Part shown: positions 12,190-24,051 of the stretch, in pieces
Numbering within the stretch: the stretch's first letter is position 1
How the letters are laid out: each line of letters begins with the position of its first letter
Origin: Porticoccaceae bacterium
GTDB taxonomy: Bacteria > Pseudomonadota > Gammaproteobacteria > Pseudomonadales > Porticoccaceae
DNA length: 57,836 nt
Direction: 5' to 3'
Assembly: GCA_051306415.1 (NCBI GenBank)
Contig: JBPPNE010000074.1
Span: 1-57,836 of the forward strand
Notes under the pieces: generated by a model
Database searches by the model: none
What the model saw: only the letters and a program-made list of their open reading frames with translations
What the model was told of the DNA's origin: nothing
Made by a program: the position numbers and the translations under genes

Positions 12190-12228
12190 GACTGCTCCGA
12201 GGGGTTTCGCCCAGTCGTCCGTCGCACT

Positions 12229-12540
12229 TTATCGTTCCGCGCGTTCCAGCGTGCTTTCGATCATTCGCGCCAATTTATCGGCTGCGCCGTCGACGGCCTG
12301 ATCCAAATTCGCCGTCGTGTGGGTAACCGCCATGGGCTGGCGGCCTTCGAGGCGGGCTTCCATCATGCAGCGCTTGTCGTGTTGGCCGCTCTTGTCGGCG
12401 TTCTCGTCGCTCAGGTGCAGCTCCACACGCGTGATGTGATCGCTGAATCGACTCAGGGCATGCTCCACTTTGTCGCGCAGTGGTGCCGCCATCGTCTCAT
12501 CGATTTTGATGTTGCGGTCGGTGTTGATCTGGATTTGCAT
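12229..12540 (-). CDS. HPF/RaiA-family ribosome-associated (hibernation) factor, short form
   Basis: 103 aa. MQIQINTDRNIKIDETMAAPLRDKVEHALSRFSDHITRVELHLSDEN shows the typical HPF/RaiA beta-alpha pattern. Confidence 0.7.
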   Translation of the reverse strand: MQIQINTDRNIKIDETMAAPLRDKVEHALSRFSDHITRVELHLSDENADKSGQHDKRCMMEARLEGRQPMAVTHTTANLDQAVDGAADKLARMIESTLERAER

Positions 12541-12577
12541 GGTTTGCTCCTTTGATTGAGTTGAATTGACGATCGGC

Positions 12578-13732
12578 TCAGAACCGGAAGTCCGCCGCTA
12601 CGCCGGTCTGCGTTGGCATGCGCTGAGATGGCATGACCACAACCCGGCCACCTGCCTTGGCGACCATCTCGCCCAGGTCGTCGAGCAGGTCATCGACTTC
12701 CGGGTGGCTCAGGCCAGCGAATTCGATCCGGCCTGTTGTGCTGTCCAACCGGCCGGCCAGTTGGCGGTCGGCCTCGATCAGCAGCGTTGCGACTCGTCCA
12801 TGGACTGCCGCTTCGGCCACCTGGGCCAGATCGTCGCTGCCCAGTTGCTTCGCCCTGGCTTGTTCGAATTCCTCGACCAGCGTGGTCAGTCGCGCCTGAT
12901 ACTCGGGTTCTATGGTCTGCCAGGCGAGCACCCGAAGCTCATCGAGCGGCAGCGCTGCAGTGTTGAGCGTGATGCCATCGGCCACCAGAAACGGGTTGTG
13001 GCTGACCGCGTGAAAGAGGTGATGATGCTCGGGCAAAGCGGCCAGGATCAGCGGCAAACCCGAGGGGTTGGAATGCTGTTCCAGCACCGCACGGTCGACG
13101 GCACGGAAGAATTTTTCGGCGTCCAGGTCTACTTCGTCCTTTTTACCGCCTGTGCTGTGATGCATGGGCTGGCGTCCCTGGCCGACGCCGCCATGGGAGC
13201 TTACTTTTTGCTGCGGCTCGGTCAACTCCCCGCCTAGGGCGTCCTCGATGGTGCGAGGCACGCCTGGCGCCAGTTCGATCTCGTCAAGCGCATCGCGGTT
13301 GCCCTCGAAAAGTCGAATGTGATGGCGGGACAATTCAAGAACCTGGTAGCGATCAGCCGATTGCAAAATACGCCGCAAGGGCTTGGTATGAAAGCTGTCG
13401 GCGACGACGACCAGTTCGTCGACCGGCCGTTGTAGCAGGAACACGCGCAACAGGCCCGATCCGCTCAGCACGGCAAGTCCATCCAGCGTATGTTCCCAGA
13501 AGGCTCGATCCCGAGCGAACGCTTCAAACGGTTCCAGAAGCGGTTGGGCCTCGGCGGGCGAATGCTTCTCCAGCAGCGATGCCGCCAACTGCTTTACCAG
13601 ATTGCCGAAGCGGATGGGATCCTGCTGGTTGTCCGGATGGTGTCGGTGCGTCGGCTGGTAGAGCGAGAGACAAGGCGGTTGTTGAGCCGATACCAATTCG
13701 GCCAGCGATTCGGGGGTGAGCAGATTCATCAT
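12578..13732 (-). CDS. eRF1-like 'baeRF' family protein (probably the baeRF3-type; recalled)
   Basis: 384 aa. The N-terminal signature [29 protein letters not shown]...[12 protein letters not shown]...[10 protein letters not shown]...[16 protein letters not shown] matches my memory of bacterial archaeo-eukaryotic release-factor-like proteins. The start overlaps the atpA stop (ATGATG/TGA at 13729-13732). Confidence 0.55.
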   Translation of the reverse strand: MMNLLTPESLAELVSAQQPPCLSLYQPTHRHHPDNQQDPIRFGNLVKQLAASLLEKHSPAEAQPLLEPFEAFARDRAFWEHTLDGLAVLSGSGLLRVFLLQRPVDELVVVADSFHTKPLRRILQSADRYQVLELSRHHIRLFEGNRDALDEIELAPGVPRTIEDALGGELTEPQQKVSSHGGVGQGRQPMHHSTGGKKDEVDLDAEKFFRAVDRAVLEQHSNPSGLPLILAALPEHHHLFHAVSHNPFLVADGITLNTAALPLDELRVLAWQTIEPEYQARLTTLVEEFEQARAKQLGSDDLAQVAEAAVHGRVATLLIEADRQLAGRLDSTTGRIEFAGLSHPEVDDLLDDLGEMVAKAGGRVVVMPSQRMPTQTGVAADFRF

Positions 13733-15381
13733 GACTTCCTCTTGGGTGTTGCGTCAGACTTGGGTTGAAGCTGATCTTCATCCGGTTCGACGTCGGGTTC
13801 GGGTTCGGCTGTCGTTTCAGCCTTCTGTTCAGGTGCGAGCTTGGGGGCAGCTTTGGACAGGAAGTCTTCGAGCGCAGCGCGGCCAATCTCGACGATGCTT
13901 GCGCGGTCTTCGTCGCTCAATTTGTCGGCGGTATCAAATCGCGCGGTCACCTCATCCGGGATGTCCACCGCCGCCTCGCGCACGGCATTTTCGGCATCGG
14001 TCATCTGGTCAAGCGGCACGCCGTCAAACAGCTCCGCTGTCAGCGCCAGCAGCACGGCAATTTGCGCGGGTACGGAAACTGGGGAAAATTCCGGCTGCTT
14101 GAGGCAGGCGCGGATGCGCCGCCCGTGTTCGATGATCTTGCGGGTGTCTTCGTCCAGCCGGGCGCCGAAGCGGGAAAAGGTTTCGAGTTCCTCAAACTGG
14201 GCGTAGGCGAGCTTGAGGTCGCCCGCCACGGCACGGTAGGCGGCGCGCTGCGCCTTGCCGCCGACGCGCGAGACGGATTTTCCGACATCGACCGCGGGCA
14301 GCACGCCCAGTTCGAACAGTGACGGCGACAGATAGATCTGCCCATCGGTGATGGAAATCAGGTTGGTCGGAATGTAGGCGGAAATATCCTGCGCCTCGGT
14401 TTCGATAATGGGCAGTGCCGTCAGCGATCCGCCGCCGAGTTCCGGGCGCAAGTGCGTTGCGCGCTCCAGCAGCCGCGAGTGGATGTAAAAAATGTCGCCG
14501 GGAAATGCTTCGCGACCGGGCGGACGCCGCAGCAGCAAGGACAACTCGCGGTAGGCACGCGCATGATGGGTGAGGTCGTCATACACAATCAGCACGTCAC
14601 GACCCTGCTCCATGAAATGCTCCGCGATGCTGGTCGCGGCGTAAGGCGCGATATAGGCGAGGCCGGGCGGATCGTTGCCTTCGGTGACGACCACGATGGT
14701 GTATTCCAACGCGCCATTTTCGCGCAGGGCGGCGATCACCTTGGCCACGCCGGAGGCGCGCTGGCCAATGGCGCAATACACGCACAGCACATTCTGGTCG
14801 CGTTGATTGAGTATCGTGTCGAGCGCGATCGCGGTCTTGCCGGTTTGTCGGTCGCCCAGAATCAACTCGCGCTGGCCGCGCCCAACGGGAATGAGCGCAT
14901 CGATGACCTTGATGCCGGTTTGCAGCGGTACGGCGACAGGAGCTCGGTCCATGATAGGCGGAGCGGGGCGCTCGACGGGCAGACGTGTGCTGGAAACCAC
15001 CGAACCCTTGCCGTCCAGTGGACGCCCCATGGGGTTGATGATTCGTCCGATCAACCCGTCACCCACCGGAACGTCCACCACGTGGCCCGTGCGGGCGACT
15101 TCATCGCCCGCATGCAAATGCCAGTAGTCGCCCAACAGAACGACGCCGATTTCGTCTTCGTCGACGTTGAATGCGATGCCATACATATCGCCGGGAAACT
15201 TCAGCACCTCCTCAAACCCCACGCCGGGGAGGCCGGAGACTTTTGCGATGCCGGTGGCAATGCTGGTGATCGTGCCGACTTCCCGTGGCCTCAGTTGCGG
15301 CGTGTATGCTTCCCGCACCTGGCCTATTCCGGCAATCGCGCTATCGAAAACATTCTGAAGGCTCTCGGGTTCCATGGTCAT
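13729..15381 (-). CDS. atpA: N-type F1 ATPase alpha subunit with a ~40-aa Pro/Glu/Lys-rich C-terminal tail
   Basis: 550 aa with the Walker A motif GDRQTGKT and alpha-type blocks. The tail [40 protein letters not shown] lies beyond the conserved core. Confidence 0.9.
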   Translation of the reverse strand: MTMEPESLQNVFDSAIAGIGQVREAYTPQLRPREVGTITSIATGIAKVSGLPGVGFEEVLKFPGDMYGIAFNVDEDEIGVVLLGDYWHLHAGDEVARTGHVVDVPVGDGLIGRIINPMGRPLDGKGSVVSSTRLPVERPAPPIMDRAPVAVPLQTGIKVIDALIPVGRGQRELILGDRQTGKTAIALDTILNQRDQNVLCVYCAIGQRASGVAKVIAALRENGALEYTIVVVTEGNDPPGLAYIAPYAATSIAEHFMEQGRDVLIVYDDLTHHARAYRELSLLLRRPPGREAFPGDIFYIHSRLLERATHLRPELGGGSLTALPIIETEAQDISAYIPTNLISITDGQIYLSPSLFELGVLPAVDVGKSVSRVGGKAQRAAYRAVAGDLKLAYAQFEELETFSRFGARLDEDTRKIIEHGRRIRACLKQPEFSPVSVPAQIAVLLALTAELFDGVPLDQMTDAENAVREAAVDIPDEVTARFDTADKLSDEDRASIVEIGRAALEDFLSKAAPKLAPEQKAETTAEPEPDVEPDEDQLQPKSDATPKRKS

Positions 15382-16475
15382 TGATTTTTTGTTACCGGCT
15401 TAACTTCGGCTTCTGGTTCGGGCTCTACTTCAGGTTTAGATTTAACTTCAGGTTTCGGCTCGACTTTGGATGCAGGTTTAGCTTCGTCTACAGATTCAGG
15501 ATCAGCTTTATCTTCTGACTTAGGCTTCACTGTGCTTTCAGATTCGGCTTTGATGGGTTTATGAGTCTTTTCCCGAATGTCGTGCTCTGCCTGCTCCCAA
15601 TCCTCGGCGGCATGGCCGGTCTTGCGGCCATGCTCCTCGTAGATCTCGTAGGCTCGTTTCCCGATCCGCTGTGTCAATTCTGACGGTTTCTTTGCCTGTG
15701 CCTGGGCTTCAACCTTCTCCTTCTCTTTCAGCAGTTCGGCTACGCCATTTTCCAGCGACGTCAGGTAATCCGCGATGCTCCACGCCACTTTTTGTCCATT
15801 CGCCGTGAGCTCAATGCCGCTGATCAGTTCCGGCGCGGTCTCGAAGCGTATCTTGATTTCAGCCGAAAAGGTTTGGTTGAGCGTCTGCTGTATCGCTGTG
15901 CGCTGCGCTTCGGGCAGGTCAAAGGCGCTACGCACCAGCGCGGGTTCCGATGCTGTCTTGAGCGACTCGCCGATGCTTTTTTTCTCCGGCTCGTCCATCT
16001 CGCTCAAGCGACGGGCGAACACATCGGCCAGGCGTTCTTCCAGGCTTGCCCCGGCGAGTTCCGTCAGCGCCTTGCGAGCGATGGCGAACACTTCCTGTTG
16101 GGCCCGGCGGCTGATGGCCTGATTCAGGTGATGGGCGTCGTTTCTCAGCGTTTCTTGCCGCTTGGCGCTCAAGGCATCGGCCGCCTGCCGTGCTTCGTCC
16201 AGGAGCCGCAGACGTTCGGCCTTCGCCTCATCCATCGCCTGACTCAAGAGGGTGGCGCGCTGCTGCTCGAATGCTTCGTTCTTGTGCTGGAATTCGTCGC
16301 GCTCCTGCTGGGCTTCGGCCTTTTTTGCGTCGGCGTCTGCGAGCTTCTTGGCGATCCGCTTCTCGCGCGCGTCGATGGCGTCGAGGATGGGCTTGTAAAG
16401 AAAGCGCTTCAGCAACCACACCAGGATGAGGAAGTTGATGACTTGCGCAGAAACGGTGAACCAATCGATCAGCAT
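15378..16475 (-). CDS. atpF: N-type Fo subunit b fused to a DUF2934-like segment and a Pro/Glu/Lys repeat tail
   Basis: 365 aa. The N-terminal TM segment plus coiled coil ([26 protein letters not shown]) is b-like. It is followed by [31 protein letters not shown] (DUF2934-like) and [20 protein letters not shown] repeats. Confidence 0.8.
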   Translation of the reverse strand: MLIDWFTVSAQVINFLILVWLLKRFLYKPILDAIDAREKRIAKKLADADAKKAEAQQERDEFQHKNEAFEQQRATLLSQAMDEAKAERLRLLDEARQAADALSAKRQETLRNDAHHLNQAISRRAQQEVFAIARKALTELAGASLEERLADVFARRLSEMDEPEKKSIGESLKTASEPALVRSAFDLPEAQRTAIQQTLNQTFSAEIKIRFETAPELISGIELTANGQKVAWSIADYLTSLENGVAELLKEKEKVEAQAQAKKPSELTQRIGKRAYEIYEEHGRKTGHAAEDWEQAEHDIREKTHKPIKAESESTVKPKSEDKADPESVDEAKPASKVEPKPEVKSKPEVEPEPEAEVKPVTKNQ

Positions 16476-16477
16476 GG

Positions 16478-16759
16478 CTACTTACCGGCGACTTGGGCGA
16501 TAGCCTGATTCCAGAACGGATTGGCAAAAAGGAGAATCATCGAGACCACGAAACAGTAGATGGCCGTCGACTCGATCATCGCCAGGCCGACGAACAGGGT
16601 ACGGGTGATGGTGGCGGAAGCATCAGGCTGCTGGGCCAGCGAAGTCAACGCTGTCGCGACCGCCCTCCCTTCGCCCAGTGCCGGAGCCATGGTGCCGAAA
16701 CCGGTGGTGATGCCGGCAGTGACAATCGATGCCACCGCGATGATCGTCATGCTATCCAT
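16478..16759 (-). CDS. atpE: N-type Fo subunit c
   Basis: 93 aa helical hairpin with loop AQQPDA. Helix 2 carries IESTAIY (ESTxxY, Na-type signature). Helix 1 has GEG where Na-type F-ATPases have GQG. Confidence 0.85.
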   Translation of the reverse strand: MDSMTIIAVASIVTAGITTGFGTMAPALGEGRAVATALTSLAQQPDASATITRTLFVGLAMIESTAIYCFVVSMILLFANPFWNQAIAQVAGK

Positions 16760-16789
16760 AGTGTCTCCTTTGGTCGTTGCGTTGTGGGT

Positions 16790-17491
16790 TCATGGGTTGG
16801 GTTCTGCGACAGGCTCGGGTTCCGGCTTGCGGACGCGCGTGGCGGCCGCGATGTAGACAGTGGCCAGGATGAAGAAAATGTAGGCCTGCACCATGCCGGT
16901 GAGCAGGCCGAGCACCGTCATGACAATCGGAAAGATGAAGGGCGTGATGCTCATCAGGATGCCGATGATCATCGCCCCGCTCATCATGTTGCCAAACAGG
17001 CGGATGGCCAGGGCCAGCGTGCGCGAGATTTCGCTGATGATATTGAACGGCAGCATGATGAACGTCGGCTTCGTGTAGGAGGCGAGGTAAGCCCCCAGTC
17101 CCTTCTGTTCCATGCCGAACAGCGGCACGGCCACGAACACGCACAGGGCGAGTGCCGCCGTGGTCGAGAGCGATCCCGTCGGCGGCTGGTAGCCGGGAAT
17201 GACGGTGCAGAGGGCGGCCATGGCGACAAACAGGAAGAGCGTGCCCAGAAATCCGAGATATTTCCGCGGCTGACTCAGGCCGACCTCTTCGATTTGTTTC
17301 TCGATGGCGGTGACGACGATTTCCAGAAGGTTCTGCCAGCGGGAGCGTTCCAACTCCATGGAAAGTCTGTGGGTGATGAGCTTTGAACCGACCGCCAGCA
17401 CGAGCATCACCCCCCAGGTGAACACAATGGTGGCGTTGAGTTTAAGGAACCCGTATTCCCAGAAGATCATTTCGTCTGGACTAAGGCGCAT
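16790..17491 (-). CDS. atpB: N-type Fo subunit a
   Basis: 233 aa polytopic protein with the conserved Arg region ISRTLALAIRLFGNMMSG. Confidence 0.85.
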   Translation of the reverse strand: MRLSPDEMIFWEYGFLKLNATIVFTWGVMLVLAVGSKLITHRLSMELERSRWQNLLEIVVTAIEKQIEEVGLSQPRKYLGFLGTLFLFVAMAALCTVIPGYQPPTGSLSTTAALALCVFVAVPLFGMEQKGLGAYLASYTKPTFIMLPFNIISEISRTLALAIRLFGNMMSGAMIIGILMSITPFIFPIVMTVLGLLTGMVQAYIFFILATVYIAAATRVRKPEPEPVAEPNP

Positions 17492-17795
17492 GGCGGGTCT
17501 CCGATGCCTGGCGGATTGGGTGTTCTTCCGATGGCCGGGTCAGCCGCGTCACAATGAGGCGCGCGATGACAAAACCGAGCAGACCCGCGACGAGTCTCTG
17601 CCAATTGTCCCCCAGGACAAAATAGAACCCCAGCAGTACAACACTTGTTCGAAGCAGCATGCTGCTTAGAAACCAAAGTGCCGCCCGTTCAGACGCAACA
17701 CCCTTGCGCACCGTCCACCAAAGGCCGCCGAAAAAAATAGCGCCGAGCAGCAGGCCCGCCATCCATGCCAGCGCCAGCGTCAACCATTCATTCAT
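17481..17795 (-). CDS. atpR: N-ATPase AtpR subunit
   Basis: ATG at 17795 (MNEWLTLALAWMAGLLLGAIFFGGLWWTVRKG). It is a small 3-TM protein in the AtpR position of the operon. The ORF-track start at 17873 is rejected because it runs back through the atpQ coding region. Confidence 0.7.
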   Translation of the reverse strand: MNEWLTLALAWMAGLLLGAIFFGGLWWTVRKGVASERAALWFLSSMLLRTSVVLLGFYFVLGDNWQRLVAGLLGFVIARLIVTRLTRPSEEHPIRQASETRHAP

Positions 17796-18112
17796 GCTTA
17801 TCTTCCTGTTCGTCCCGCATGGCTTTGTCTTCCCGTGTAACCCAATGCCACGCATTGAAACAGCCGATGGCAAGCCCGGCCACCAGCAGCGCCAGTGTCC
17901 AGGACCGGCCGCCCGGATAACGCTGGTCCAGCCAGATCCCGAGCGCCGCGCCGAGCAGCGTCGGAATCGCCACCGACCAGCCGATAATCCCCATCATGCC
18001 CAGGCCAAACCAGACGCCCGGCGCGGCGTTGCGCCGTGCCTTGAGCTTGCGCGCGGCCTTCGCACCGACCTCCTGACTGAGCGACGGCTTCGAGGGCTTA
18101 CTCTGGCTTTCG

Positions 18113-18120
<8 letters not shown>
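17788..18120 (-). CDS. atpQ: AtpZ/AtpI-like N-ATPase AtpQ subunit
   Basis: 110 aa, two TM helices (GVWFGLGMMGIIGWSVAIPTLLGAALGIWLD), in the position after atpC. Confidence 0.7.
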
Positions 18121-21490
<3,370 letters not shown>

Positions 21491-21498
21491 TTCCAGTT

Positions 21499-21738
21499 TC
21501 AAATCTCCGGCAGATCCTCGCCATGCACACCGATATACTTCCGGTGCTCAAGGAGTTTGTTGCGGAAGACTTGTTTCACGTACGCAGCGCGGTTGGTGCG
21601 GCCGGGCAAGCGATCAATCACGTCCGCGATGAGATGAAAACGATCCAGGCCGTACTTCGCCACCATATCGAACGGTGTCGCGTTCGTGCCTTCTTCCTTG
21701 AGACTGCACACAATGACCTTGATGCCGAACTCGAACAA
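21499..21738 (-). pseudogene. 3'-terminal remnant of a phosphoketolase gene
   Basis: KEEGTNATPFDMVAKYGLDRFHLIADVIDRLPGRTNRAAYVKQVFRNKLLEHRKYIGVHGEDLPEI aligns with the last ~70 aa of the intact Xfp ([66 protein letters not shown]). No upstream phosphoketolase sequence is present. Confidence 0.8.
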
Positions 21739-22348
21739 TTCGGATTTTTAGGAGGGCCGTGGTGGCCTTCGCTTCTTCGGCTTTCTGCGGAGCGGCGGAA
21801 TGACCGGTGCGCGCTTGATGGGAGTCTTCTTCTTCCTGACCTTAGTCGTTGCCATTCTCACTTCTCCTCGAGAATGCCGCGCCGAGCAATAGGCCGACAC
21901 GGACGCCTTGGTTCGCAACCGCTGCCGTCTTCGGCTGGCGTCTGCGCTTCGCTTTCTTTGGGACTGTCTTCGGCCCGGGTTCCTTCACGGGCGGCCCCTT
22001 CCTGCCTTTCGCTTTCTTCGTCATTGCGCGTCCTTTCCGCTGCCGAACAACCGGCCGAGGATCTCCACCTCATGCAACGATGCCGTCAGTCGCGCGCGCA
22101 TCACATAGCCGTTCAGACCGTTCTTGCTGCGCAACATGTGTTCTTTACCGGTGATAGCGTAGAACAACGAGCATTGGGCGAGTAGCAGAATACGACTTTC
22201 GCTGGACAAACGACCCGGACAACAGGGGTCACGGCGACATTCCTGTCTGCAGGATGCGCTTGGCGCTCATCGGGCGTCTGTACGCTGGCGAACACAGTCG
22301 GCATGCGCAGCATTGAATGCAGATAGCGGGATAATCTGGCTGGCGCAT

Positions 22349-23725
22349 TCACGCTGAGGCCGACTCAGCCTGCCGCGGCGTCGTGAGCAGGACGATAATA
22401 CCGACGGTGGCGGCCAGCAACGACGCGAACAGAATGCCCAGCTTGGCCTCGCTCTCCAGGTCAGAGCCCGGGAAAGCCAAGCCACTGATGAAGAGCGCCA
22501 TGGTAAACCCGATGCCGGCCAGGAACGCCGTGCCGACCACATGCCGCCACGACACTCCCTCGGGCAGCGTGGCCAGCCCCGCCTTAACGGCGAGCCAGCT
22601 CGCCACACCGATGCCCAACGGCTTGCCGATGACGAGCCCGGCGATGATGCCCAGCGGCACTGCAGAGGCCAGCGTTTGCAGTGCTGACGCGTCGATCTCG
22701 ACCCCCGCGTTGAATAGTGCGAACACCGGCAGGATCGCGTAGGCCACCCAGGGTTGCACCCCGTGCTCAAAACGCTGGAGGGGTGAGGTGGCGGCATCGA
22801 GCGTGCGGCGCAGCAGGTCGATGAGCGCGATGCGCTCGGGGTCCATCGCATCGGGCTGCTCGTCGCTGGTCTGGGCATCGATGCCGGCCGCGCTGCGGCG
22901 GATCACCTGCGTCAGGGCCGCGGGCACGATCTTCACCCGCGCAGGAACGAACATGGCCGTCAGCACGCCGGCCAGCGTGGCATGCACGCCCGAGATGAGC
23001 AGGCCGGACCACACACCGACCGCCAGCACCAGGTATATCGCGCCGCTGCGGGCGCCCGCGCGGTTCGCGCCGAAGAGCGCGGCCACGAACAGGGAAGCCA
23101 GTGCGATGCCGCTCCATTCGATCGACGCGGTGTAGAAGATTGCAATGATCAGCAGCGCACCGAGATCGTCGACGATCGCCAGCGCGACAAGGAACACCTT
23201 CAGCCCTTCCGGAATGCGCGCACCCAGTACCGCGAGCGCCCCGAGCGCAAAGGCGATGTCGGTCGCCATCGGGATGCCCCATCCATGGGCACCTTCACCA
23301 CCGGTATTGAACGCAACGTAGATCAGGGCCGGTGCGATCATTCCGCCGACAGCGGCGGCGATCGGCAACATCGCCTCGCGACGCTCAGCCAGTTCGCCGA
23401 TGAGAAATTCGCGCTTGATCTCAAGACCGACGGTGAAGAAGAAGATCGCCATCAGGCCGTCGTTGATTACGTGTTGCAGATCGAAGCGCAGAGGGTAATC
23501 GCCGATCGAGACACCGAGCGGCATATGCAGCATCCGTTCGTAGGCGCTCGCCCACGGCGAGTTGGCCCAGCCCAGCGCCACGGCGGCAAACAGCAGTAAC
23601 AACAGACCGCCGGAAACCTGCCATCTGGCAAACTGCTGGAACGGGAGCAGCAGCAGATCACCGGCGCGCTCGGCCTGCGTGCGAGCGAGCATTTCATTCT
23701 TGCGAACCAGCTTGCGGATCTTCAT
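22349..23725 (-). CDS. nhaA: Na+/H+ antiporter NhaA
   Basis: The ATG at 23725 overlaps the upstream stop as ATGA. Blocks WINDGLMAIFFF-like (VINDGLMAIFFFTVGLEIKRE), ATDIAFALG and PVFALFNAGV are NhaA signatures. Confidence 0.85.
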   Translation of the reverse strand: MKIRKLVRKNEMLARTQAERAGDLLLLPFQQFARWQVSGGLLLLLFAAVALGWANSPWASAYERMLHMPLGVSIGDYPLRFDLQHVINDGLMAIFFFTVGLEIKREFLIGELAERREAMLPIAAAVGGMIAPALIYVAFNTGGEGAHGWGIPMATDIAFALGALAVLGARIPEGLKVFLVALAIVDDLGALLIIAIFYTASIEWSGIALASLFVAALFGANRAGARSGAIYLVLAVGVWSGLLISGVHATLAGVLTAMFVPARVKIVPAALTQVIRRSAAGIDAQTSDEQPDAMDPERIALIDLLRRTLDAATSPLQRFEHGVQPWVAYAILPVFALFNAGVEIDASALQTLASAVPLGIIAGLVIGKPLGIGVASWLAVKAGLATLPEGVSWRHVVGTAFLAGIGFTMALFISGLAFPGSDLESEAKLGILFASLLAATVGIIVLLTTPRQAESASA

Positions 23726-24045
23726 GTCGCACCAAGACGCTCGAGGCTGTGATGGCTCGGAACGACCGATTCGTGCAGCGCCCGGTTCGCCGCCGGGTAC
23801 CGGTCTTCCGCCTCTCGGCGGCCCTCCTCTTCCGGCAACCCCTCGCGAGCGCACCGGATGTCCCGCTGTGCCAGGCGACTCAGCGCGGAACCCAATCGGT
23901 CCACGCACACGACCGCCGTGAACGGCTCGTTGATGCTGGGCGAGAGCGCACGCATCGCGATCTCGACGAGTTGGTGGACGGCAAACTCCATGTCTTGAGC
24001 AGCGGCCCGCTGATTTCCCAATGCAAAGGATGTGGTGTCGCTCAT
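23722..24045 (-). pseudogene. DUF2254 C-terminal-domain fragment
   Basis: FAVHQLVEIAMRALSPSINEPFTAVVCVDRLGSALSRLA aligns with [39 protein letters not shown] of the full-length copy (28210-29556). Only ~45 aa are homologous. Confidence 0.55.
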
Positions 24046-24051
24046 GTTTTT

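Noticed and set aside
15390-15560. Short periodic nucleotide repeats (…ggcttctggttcgggctctacttcaggttt…) that could be read as a tandem repeat or mini-array
   Set aside because: They are in frame within atpF and encode the PEVK-like tail. They have no spacer/repeat architecture of a CRISPR array.
21739-22348. Small overlapping ORFs 22021-22209 and 21842-22024, plus a Lys/Arg-rich stretch (KKKTPIKRAPVIPPLRRKPKKRRPPRPS) in another frame; considered as a toxin-antitoxin pair or a histone-like/Ku-tail gene
   Set aside because: No recognisable domain is present. The basic stretch is split over two frames. No convincing RBS was found. This is most likely decayed sequence between the xfp remnant and nhaA. 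It is left uncalled.
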